Positions 1 to 8,898 of a DNA stretch of 39,118 nucleotides are shown one piece after another. Position numbers and translations under genes: made by a program. How positions within the stretch are numbered: position 1 is the first letter of the stretch; each line of letters starts with the position of its first letter. The DNA is taken from the NCBI RefSeq assembly GCF_001194135.2, contig NC_068985.1, forward strand, positions 65,335,670 through 65,374,787. Reading direction: 5' to 3'. The stretch comes from Octopus bimaculoides. Its lineage: Eukaryota. The notes beneath the pieces were generated by a model that worked only from the letters and a program-made list of their open reading frames with translations, was not told the DNA's origin and ran no database searches.

Positions 1-48
1 TGCTAGCATGGAAAGCGGACGTTAAACTATGATGATGATGATGATGAT
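1..48 (+). mobile_element. 3' tail of RTE-type LINE/SINE ending in (GAT)n
   Basis: GCATGGAAAGCGGACGTTAAAC followed by (GAT)n, the same tail seen at about 23520-23565 and 27710-27745. Confidence 0.65.
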
Positions 49-840
49 ATTCGTCTCCAAAGGGTTCATCACTGCTCCAGTAATTTGTTATTCTGGGTAA
101 CTTTCTAATGCCCATAATAATATTTATGGCAAAATATGCCTTAATTTCATTCAAGTTTGTGGGAAACCACAAACTATCCTTTTTTATGCTTTGTTTACAT
201 TCAGTGTAACGGTTTGTTTCTGCCGTAATCATTTCAAATAGGTACATCGGAAAAAGCAAAAAGAAATAGTTCGAAGCTTTGCTCTCCTGGGTAAGACTGT
301 GACTTGGTCCAGTTTCTTCAGAAAAAATCACTGAAAGAAACAGTTTTTAAATTTTCACTCCATTCAGGTACCAATTCATTCTCTTTATCGCTGTCATCAG
401 AGTTCTCGGATTCACTGCTTTCCCTTTCGGAAAATGAAACATCAGATTCATTATCAAATACCACGTGCTTTTTTTTTTCGGTTACAGAGTTAGATTTATC
501 AAGGCCTTCAATCAAAAATCCTTCGAATTCTGATTCGCTGCTTGACAGAATTAAATTTGTATCCATTTTCTGTCAGAATTACAAATTTTTAAAAACACAA
601 CAGGAACAAATTTGGAAGAAAATCTCACAAAATTCACAAAATTAAAATAACACGTCGATCGTTATACAAAACTATAGCTGAACTGCTTACGCAGTATAAT
701 CACTTGTTTTCACGAATATTCTAACAAGATTTGCTCTGATATTCTCATTTAAATATGAATATGTGATTACGGGCAGTTTTGAGCAGCTTGGTCACATGAA
801 CCAAAATGTTTTTCGGGCGGCTTGGTAACGAAAGGGTTAA
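49..840 (-). mobile_element. piggyBac element A, 5' half (left terminus and transposase N-terminus)
   Basis: Minus strand begins TTAA-CCCTTTCGTTACC at 840. Acidic N-terminus SSSESEFEGF (ORF 318-566), then NEIKAYFAINIIMGIRKLPRITNYWSSDEPFGD at about 49-150, homologous to the transposases at 9848-10678 and 36892-37400. Confidence 0.85.
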
Positions 841-2125
841 GTGACCAGCCATCTCCCTGAAGGGATTTGTGATTTGTCTGTTTTCCTACTTACCAAAACT
901 TTAGCCTTTGCTAAATTATTTCTGCAATTATTTCTGTCTGAGGCATCACCTTTACCTTTGTAGCAGTTGACTATAGTGCTGCTACATCATACCCCACCCA
1001 ACCAGATATTTTAAGGCCCTTTGATTCCAAACCTTGCTTCCACATCTGAAATTTCTACTCTAGTTCTGGCAGTGATTAAAATATAAGAACAAGGTCATCA
1101 GCATAGAGGAACTCTCAAGAGCAGCCCATCTTAAATTCTTCTGTTATGGCTTGGAGGACTATGATGAACAAGAGAAGGCTGAGAACCAATCGTTGGTCAA
1201 CTCCTACATGTACACTGAATTCAGTTCTATACTTGTTGCTAACTTTCACCTTCCTGACAGCACTCCTATACATGGCTTGTATGGCTCTCACCAACCACTC
1301 ATCTAACCCAAGCTTCTGCATTGACCATCAGAGTGGAGGACCCCGTCAAAGGTTTTTTTCTATTTCAACAAAAGACAAGTACAGAAGTTTATTTTTGGCT
1401 AAATACTTCTCTTGCAGCTGCCTTACCAGGAATATAGCATCAGTAGTGCTTCTCTGTAGCACAAAACCAAACTGCATTTCATCTAGACTAATTAGTTGAG
1501 CTATAACCCTCTCTGAAACTTTCATCATCTGGTCCAACAATTTGATACCTCTGTGATTATTTCTGTCTGAAGAATCACCTTTCCCTTTGTAGCAGTTGAC
1601 TATAATGCTGCCACTCCATATTCCACTCCACCAGATATTTTAGGCATCTCTGCAGTGATTCCTGATGGGCTGGGGGTTTCCTCTGTCTTCATATCCTTCA
1701 TGGTTTGATCTAGCAATCTACCATCTATTCGGATAGCTGGTCCCTCTGTTGTGTCCACATTAGACAGACTCTCCTTCTCTCATGTGTTCTCTGCATTTAG
1801 CAGTGTTCTCTAGTGGCACGGGTGCTTCAAAAGTGGAAGAACGTCCATGGAAGACAATGAACAATCTGGAAGACCTGCCACAAGCATCACCCTTGGAAAT
1901 GTGGAGAAACTTCATCAGCTTGTGCATGAGGATCAGTCTCTTTCTTTGCAGAATCACTAACTGCAACTAAACCACCATCCATGTGAATGCACTTCTCTCC
2001 TACAACATCAGAATTTTCACTGACACACTGTCTTGCAAACCAAAAATACTTCAAGCTGCTGGTTCTCACACTGCAGAACACTGGCGAACTTTTTCCTTTC
2101 TGCTTCTCTCTTAGCTAAGTATACC
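841..2125 (-). mobile_element. Degraded RTE-clade LINE, reverse transcriptase region
   Basis: ORF fragments LDEMQFGFV...TTDAIFLVRQLQEKYLAKNK and MQKLGLDEWLVRAIQAMY, with frameshifts and two small insertions. Confidence 0.85.
1798..1939 (+). mobile_element. Internal mariner transposase fragment without TIRs, embedded in the RTE copy
   Basis: Roughly 85-90% identical by eye to the reverse complement of about 2975-3115 (the MEDN..SGRP..ITP.NVEK.HQLVHED region). Confidence 0.75.
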
Positions 2126-2129
2126 TGCT

Positions 2130-3350
2130 TCTTTGCTTCAAAAAGTTCCCAGACTAGTTGTGTTTAATAAAAAGTAATTTATTTACCTAAGTTTTAACAT
2201 CATCTCCTTCAAAATAGTCACCTTGCACAGCAATACACCAGTGTTCCTGTCACTTTTGGAATCTAGCCTAGAAGTTGTTTTCCATAAGTGGATTGAGGAC
2301 CTTCTGTGATTTGGTCTGGATCTTGACAATGGTGTAAAAATGGCAATCCTTCAGTTGCATTTTCATCTTGGGTTCACAGGTGCTAATTCTGGTGAATAGG
2401 GCAGGTGTGGAAATGATACCATGTTGTTTTTAGCGAAAACTTACTGAGTGAGGAGAGCTTGGTGATAGGGTGCATTGATGTTGTGAAGAATCCAATTCTT
2501 GTGCTCCACAAATCTGCTCACTTTTGCTGAATGTCCTCCCTCAAACGCTTCAAAATGTTGCAGTAGAACTCTTTATTGACAGTCTAGCCCTGAGAGACGG
2601 ATTCGTGACGCAAAATATCGTAGATGCCAAAAAAAAAAAAAAATGAGCATGCTCTTGACGGAGCTGCAACTCTATCGTGCCTTCTTCAGTTGTGAAAATG
2701 AAGGCCTCTTCCATTGTGATGACTGCTGCTTCATTTCAGGGTCGTACCTATAGATCCAACTCTTGTCACTAGTGATGATCCTTGACATGAAGGATGGGTC
2801 ATCAGTGGCACACTGATGGAAATCTCGGCAGACTTTGACGCAATGTTCTTTCTTCTCAGTGGTCAACAGGCGGGGGACAAACTTGGCAGAGGCATGCTCC
2901 ATGTTCAATTCAGATGTTAAAATTGCCTGCACGAACCCATACAACAGACCAACAATATCAGCAATGTCACTCATCCTCCTGACGATCCTCATGCACAAGC
3001 TGATGAATTTTTTCCACATTTCTAGGGGTGATGCTTATGACAGGTCTTCCAGATTGCCCATTGTCTTCCATGGGCGTTCTTCCACTTTGGAAGCACCTGT
3101 GCCACTTGAAACATTGAATATGACCCATTGCCTTGTCACTGTAAGCTTGCTGAAACATGCTCAATGTTTCTGTAGAAGACTTCCCAAGTTTAACACAAAA
3201 TTTCTTGCTGGCTCTTTTGTTCCAACTTCCTGTCCATGACAAAATCACAGACTACAACATACATATAATCACAAATTTCACAACTTGTGAAGTAAACACA
3301 GTGATGTTACTTGGCAGACTGCCTCTTAAAGGTCACAGGTAACTCTCACT
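2130..3350 (-). mobile_element. Tc1/mariner element, defective, 5' TIR missing
   Basis: ORFs 2967-3248 and 2672-3019 carry mariner motifs (KFCVKLGKS, SGRP, SAKFVPRLL, ITSDKSWIYRYDPE). TIR-like CTTCAAAAAGTTCCCAGACT near 2137; no counterpart seen near 3350. Confidence 0.85.
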
Positions 3351-4200
3351 GCACAAGTAAATAGGAAAGGGATGCTGTTGGATTGTGAACCTCAATTATA
3401 ACAGGCTGTTGTAGTTTGGCTGAATCAGATGATAAGCCATTACCAAGTCAGCTGACCTGGTAATAAAAGGCAGCGATACTTGGTTTGGTATATAGTAAAT
3501 ATGAGTATGATTAATGCATTTATACTATATACTAAACCAGGAGGAACTCAAAAGCGATGCTACCATCTGTAGTTCCAAGCAGATGTAGCAATGCAGTTAA
3601 CGGAGCTGGTCTTTCTTAAAAAATAAAAAAAACACTATTGGGAGAAAAACTAAAGCCTGCCAGAGGGATATCCCTCTGAATTCAGCCGATCTCCATAAAT
3701 TAAAGAAAACTGACAGCCACAAATGTCTTCATCAAAAAAGGAAAGTTCTCAGTGGATGGGACATTGAAACAAGTTTCCATTTTGCATTCTGCAAGCATGC
3801 GATATTTACAGTAGGGTGCTTTACAAGTTACCATCAATGAAATGTTGTGTGATTTATATACATATAATTTGACTTTATAAATATTTTTTTCAAATTTACC
3901 TCATTTTTATTTTTTATTTACATGAAAGGTAAGTGATAAATTTTGATCAATTTGTATTATGAATCATTATTATATATGATTTGTTAAGGTTATCTCTACA
4001 GATATTCTACAGAAATTATAGCCAGCACTGATTTTCATTATGATGTTCTGTATCCAAGACATCAAATGTAAACAATGAAGTTGAAGATGAAAAAATGCAT
4101 AATGAAATACTGTCCCTACAAGTCATTAATATTTACATTATTATAAATGTTTCTGTGTATTTATGTATGCATGTGAGTTTATTTCATTTAGTTACTGGTA

Positions 4201-4532
4201 TTCTTTTATTTGTTTCAGTCATTTGGCTGTGGCCATGCTGGAGCACTTCCTTTTAGACAAACAAATTGACTCCAGGATTTATTCTTTGTAAGCCTAGACC
4301 TTATTCTATTGGTCTCTTGCCAAACCGTTAAGTTACAGAGACATAAACACACCAACATTGGTGGGGGACAGACAGACACAAACATACAGATGCATATATA
4401 TATACGACAGACTTCTTTTCAATTTTCGTCTACCGAATCCACTCACAAGGCTTTGGTCAGCTCAAGGCTATAATAGAAGACACTTGCCCAAGGTGCCATG
4501 CAAGCTACTTACCACACAGCCACTCCTATGCC
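4201..4532 (-). mobile_element. Octopus-type tRNA-derived SINE with internal deletion
   Basis: Reverse complement of the SINE at 4865-5273; part of the head is missing. Confidence 0.85.
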
Positions 4533-4864
4533 TATATGTATTTCATTTTCTAGTTTTCTTCAGTTTTCTTCTAGTATTTCATTCTATTTTTACCTTTATT
4601 ACTGCTATCTTATATGCATTTAAGTTCAACTGATAATCCACTAATGTACACAATTCTTTGATATAAAAATTGTGTTGTATACTCAATTGAATATTAGCTA
4701 ATAACTCATTTTCTATGCTGATGTTCAAACAAAACTGAAATAATTTAATATATAGTTGTATTTACCTGTAATTAGAGTTGCATTATGACAAAAATTATGC
4801 AATAGATCTGTTTAAGAACATCTTCAATTGTGTTCCAAAAATCATCTTAATATGTTGATAAATA

Positions 4865-5273
4865 GGCGCAGAAGTGGCTGTGTGGTAAGTAGCTGGTTCC
4901 GGGTTCAGCCCCACTGCGTGGCACCTTGGGCAAGTGTCTTCTGCTATAGCCTCGGGCCGACCAAAGCCTTGTGAGTGGATTTGGTAGACGGAAACTGAAA
5001 GAAGCCTGTCGTATATATGTATGTATATATGTGTGTGTGTGTGTGTTTTTGTGTGTCTGTGTTTGTCCCCCCCACCCCCAACATCGCTTGATAACCGATG
5101 CTGGTGTGTTTTCGTCCCCGTAACTTAGCGGTTTGGCAAAAGAGACCGATAGATTAAGTACTAGGCTTACAAAGAATAAGTCCTGGGGTCGATTTGCTCG
5201 ACTAAAGGCGGTGCTCCAGCATGGCCGCAGTGAAATGACTGAAACAAGTAAAAGAGTAAAGAGTAAAAGAGTA
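4865..5273 (+). mobile_element. Octopus-type tRNA-derived SINE, near full length
   Basis: Head GGCGCAGAAGTGGCTGTGTGGTAAG...GGTTCAG (A/B-box-like), central (TA/TG)n, tail GAAACAAGTAAAAGAGTAAAGAG; at least four copies in the window. Confidence 0.9.
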
Positions 5274-5443
5274 ATTATTTTATGAAGCCAGTCTAAATTC
5301 ATGATTATATTAGATTTTAATTGAAACACATAAGAGTCATATTTTGGTCAGAAATGTAGTAGCAAAAGGGTTAAATAGCATTTAACCTAGATACAGTTCA
5401 CAGTTCAACCACATTTTAAAAGTATATAACATTGATTATTTAC

Positions 5444-5542
5444 CTGGAGTCATGTGAATAAATTTTGGGTCTGAAAGAAGTTTTTTCTGACAAATAAAAC
5501 CTATAACAAAATCACTGTGCTCCTCAGCCATTTTAATTGTAC
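5444..5542 (-). CDS. UMPS: UMP synthase exon (OMP decarboxylase domain): (S)TIKMAEEHSDFVIGFICQKKLLSDPKFIHMTP(G)
   Basis: 99 nt, acceptor ttttttacag, donor gtaaat, phase 1/1. Collinear with vertebrate UMPS RMAEEHSEFVVGFISG...FLHLTPG. Confidence 0.95.
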
Positions 5543-5634
5543 CTGTAAAAAACAAACATAGAGCTCATTCTGTAACTATCATATGGTAAATAGATAAAAC
5601 AATTAAGAAAAATAATTTAAAAAAATTAACTTAC

Positions 5635-5719
5635 TTCTGGTATACTCTCCCTCTGCCAAATTACCTGCTGAACTCATTTCAGCTATAAGGACACATGCAC
5701 GACTATCTGCCATTCCGGA
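5635..5719 (-). CDS. UMPS: UMP synthase exon: SGMADSRACVLIAEMSSAGNLAEGEYTR
   Basis: 85 nt, acceptor tttatcacag, donor gtaagt, phase 0/1. Matches UMPS [22 protein letters not shown]; the 92-nt intron to the next exon keeps frame. Confidence 0.95.
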
Positions 5720-5747
5720 CTGTGATAAAAACAAATATAATTCAAAT

Positions 5748-5776
5748 GAGAGAGAGAAATAGATAGAGAGAGAGAA

Positions 5777-5810
<34 letters not shown>

Positions 5811-5813
5811 GGG

Positions 5814-5851
<38 letters not shown>
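5748..5851. repeat. (GA)n microsatellite, (CT)n on the gene strand
   Basis: About 100 nt of interrupted GA repeat. Confidence 0.95.
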
Positions 5852-5852
<1 letters not shown>

Positions 5853-5969
5853 TGCATTTTCATTCATAAATATGTATGTGTGTGAGATTTGCCTTCATCA
5901 AGCAGCTGCAAAAATGACTAACAGGATAAACTGACACATTTATCATTTGTTGATGAAGAACACTAAAAT

Positions 5970-6183
5970 AAGTGATGGTATGTTGCCAACATATGACAGT
6001 CCCATGAAAAGGAAGGATGCCATTGCTATTTAGCCCTAGGAAACACCGTTTCCTGTTGGCCATGACACATTTTCTGTTTTCAAAGGAGGAGATAAGCACC
6101 TCCACCCACCAAAACCAGCATCCAGAGACTAGTTTCAGAGTCATTGCTCATCATCAGTCTGGAGTAGCATGGCTTGCTTGCTG
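5970..6183 (-). repeat. Hammerhead-bearing repeat copy 1 (Penelope pseudo-LTR or retrozyme-like)
   Basis: Direct repeat of 7612-7840 with about a dozen substitutions and a few indels. Penelope affiliation is inferred from the minimal hammerhead, not from a linked ORF. Confidence 0.7.
6121..6163 (-). ncRNA. Type I minimal hammerhead ribozyme motif 1
   Basis: Minus strand TCCAGA-CTGATGA-T-GAGcaatgaCTC-T-GAA-ACTAGT-C-TCTGGA: 6-bp stem I, full core, palindromic stem III, GUC site. The stem II base pair is U.U. Confidence 0.7.
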
Positions 6184-6331
6184 AATTTTTTATTACGATA
6201 ATATATATCGAATACAGAAGGGACACTAACAGGACAATACAAACAAAAGAAATGTTACTATGAGTTCGAATGAACCTTACATTTTAAAAATTTGATGATA
6301 AAATATATATATATATACAATATATGTTGAC

Positions 6332-7611
6332 TTTTTTTTTTTTTTTTTAAATTTCAGAGAGGGGATACACCTGGCAGCCTGAAAAGCCCAGCGGCTATCC
6401 TTTCTTTTTCCAATGTTGACTAAGTCGGGTTACTAGCACCCACCTTTCTCATCACAGACTTTCATAGTTTCTCGAACACACTTTGCGACAGGATTCTCCT
6501 CTCCAGCCCTATCTTGCTCTTCAGATGGTATCTGAAGTAAAGTAGCAAACCAGGGCCAGAGATGAAGGATCCTGTCACAAATCCTTGCATTATAGTCCTC
6601 CATACACACTCTTTCAACACTGTAACAGTACAGAGAAAACATGCCTCACTTTCCTTCAAGAGTCCAGTTGGCGGAACAATCTTTATTATAGACTCAGCCG
6701 ATTGCTGTACTCTCCCTAGATGTGACAACACGTGTTCTACGTAAATTATCAAGCTTGATAGCTCCCAACATTCTACAAAAGCATGCTGGCCGATTTCCTC
6801 ATCTAGCCCACATCTTGGACATGCCAGTGGCACTGACATTCTGTGCCTGGATAACTTATCGTGAACAGGTAAAGTGTTCTTGTAACACTGCCAGGTCAGG
6901 GATTTTTGATAATTATCCAAATACCCTGGCCTGAAAGTTTTTTGAAACAGGTTGCCAAGTTGGTTCTCGTCAAACCCCAGAGCCCCTCCTAGGACATCAT
7001 CATTTTTACACTCAACCAGCCCTCTGTAGAACTCCGAGGTGGTATTCCCACTGCCGGCCTTGCCCATCTTGTGGATAAGCACGAGTGCCTGTCAACACTC
7101 CTTTTGCCATACAGTCAGGTTATGTCTTTTAATGAAACCGGGTTTGAATCTTTCCAAGAAAGCTGGTCGCGGAAAGAATTCCTCTGCCGGTGGATTCCGT
7201 ACCTTATCACCTTCCAGGTAGTACCAGAGATGCCTCGGCCTCAATGCATCATTAGCTAGGGCATCGCTAACCCACCCTTTAGCTGTTCCTGGCAGCAAAC
7301 AGAGCACCTCAAGTGGCTTTCCCCCCTTCCACAAAAAGTGGAAAAAGGTGTTCCAACCTGTTTAGCCACGAATCAAGGCAAGGGATGATGGTCAGGCGGT
7401 AGGTGATGACAGATGCAATAAACACCTGTACCACCTCCGCCCTTCCTTTCAAGGACAGAGCCCTTCCAGGCCAAGTCCAGGCTAGAGCCTCCAGCTTATT
7501 TGCTACCTCGCTCTAATTCTTCTCCGTCTGGGAGTCCAGTCCAAACCAAATTCCAAGCAACTTAACAGGACCATCTGTCCAGTGACCCATGATACCGGAC
7601 GACATCACAAT
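6332..7611 (-). mobile_element. 5'-truncated L1/Tx1-clade LINE 3' end with poly(A) tail
   Basis: ORF 6462-7082 has a zf-RVT-like region (WQCYKNTLPV...CPRCG..EE..HAF..C); RT C-terminal remnants up to about 7600; 17-nt poly(A) on the minus strand at 6332-6348. Confidence 0.8.
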
Positions 7612-7840
7612 AAAGTGATGGTATGTTGTCAGCTTAATGTGACAGTCCCATGAAAGGGAAGAATGCTACTGCTATTTAGCCCTAGGAAACACCGCTTCCT
7701 GTTGGCCATGATACATTTTTTGTGTCCTTATGTTTTCAAAGGGGGAGATAAGCACCTCCACCAACCAAAGCCAGCATCCAGAGACTAGTTTCAGAGTCAT
7801 TGCTCCATCATCAGTCTGGAGTAGCATGGCTTGCTAGCTG
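7612..7840 (-). repeat. Hammerhead-bearing repeat copy 2
   Basis: Direct repeat of 5970-6183; abuts the 5' truncation point of the L1/Tx1 fragment. Confidence 0.7.
7777..7820 (-). ncRNA. Type I minimal hammerhead ribozyme motif 2
   Basis: Minus strand TCCAGA-CTGATGA-T-GGAGcaatgaCTCT-GAA-ACTAGT-C-TCTGGA. Stem I can extend via AGCCA/TGGCT; stem II GGAG/CTCT has one extra U after the core. Confidence 0.75.
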
Positions 7841-7902
7841 TCGATGCTTATTTGCCTTCGAAAACATATATATTTCAAGTGAAATACATTCACTAATTTC
7901 AA

Positions 7903-8165
7903 AAATAGAAATATTACATTTCTAAACTTCTCTGAGATTTAGACAGTAGCAGCTGGGTGGAGGTACTTATCTCCCCCCTTTGAAAACATAAGGACACAGA
8001 AAATGTATCATGGCCAACAGGAATTGGTGTTTCCTAGGGCTAAATAGCAGTAGTATTCTACCCTTTCATGGGACTGTCACATTAAGTTAACAACATACCA
8101 TCACTTTATCATGCTGCTATTGTATAAATCTCTCTGAGAGATTTAGAAATGTAATATTTCTATTT
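7903..8165 (+). repeat. Inverted partial copy 3 of the same repeat (no hammerhead), bounded by a perfect 24-bp inverted repeat
   Basis: About 7950-8108 is the reverse complement of about 7612-7765. AAATAGAAATATTACATTTCTAAA at 7903-7926 has its exact reverse complement at 8142-8165. Confidence 0.8.
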
Positions 8166-8898
8166 ACTAAAATAAGTGTTGTTGGTTTATCAAATGACAT
8201 TTAACCCTTTGTTCAGATTAATTTGTCAAATGTAATGCTTATCTGTTCACATTAATTTTGATTTATTCAGGTTCAAGTGGGGTGTCCACAATATTTGCTT
8301 GTAACTTTGTTAATTTTCTACATACAGATTTGAAATTTTGTAAATGGGTGCTTATATGCCAGTGGTTTATAATTACATAATTTTAGCTGATCTTTCTGAC
8401 TAAATTTGACTTTTATGGGCAGGTAAATTTAATTAACAGGTGTAAAAACAATAACATTATGAATAAACACTAAAATTCATATTCTTAATACATCTTACCT
8501 GCTTGGTTTGATGCTAAAAATAATCCCAGATGTCAACCGCCAAAAATTTTACGTTTTTCAAGATGTGGTACATTAATTTGAATTAATTAAAATACAGGTG
8601 TAATCGGTAGAAGATTTTACTCTTTTTCTATATTTCATTCAATCGTTATTATTGAAAATAAAGTACAAAACTCTTTTACCAGTCAATATACCATTGGCTA
8701 TGCACTCGTATACAATTCAAAAAATTCATTTACGTAACAGAATGCATCTAATAAAAAAAAATCTCATTAACAGGTGAGGCAAAGGTGAATACAGGTGTGT
8801 AACATAGTGAAAATTAATATGTAGTTCTCACTTTCACATATTATTTATAATAAAATGAAAAAGAATGTATAAAATAATATACTTACAAAATAATACAG

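Larger units (their letters stand above)
3380..5374 (+). mobile_element. piggyBac 3' half (same family as A and C), interrupted by two SINEs
   Basis: About 3380-3970 aligns to about 38048-38680, including the degraded C-terminal Cys-rich region. Terminus AGCAAAAGGG-TTAA at 5374 resembles the left terminus of element A. Assignment of about 3970-5340 is inferred. Confidence 0.65.

Noticed and set aside
4100-4130. GGACAGTAT on the minus strand as the next UMPS exon (GQQY motif)
   Set aside because: It has an in-frame stop, lacks the GD.LGQQY context, and has no fitting splice sites.
5603-5863. The 86-aa ORF with an SLSLSL N-terminus and similar low-complexity ORFs (14437, 19673, 22092, 23545, 35091)
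   Set aside because: These are microsatellite translations; only 5635-5719 is real coding sequence.
5970-7840. The direct repeats as a target-site duplication of the L1/Tx1 insertion, or as true LTRs
   Set aside because: Copy 1 ends about 148 nt before the poly(A) junction, the repeats are far longer than a TSD, and there are no TG...CA ends or gag/pol interior.
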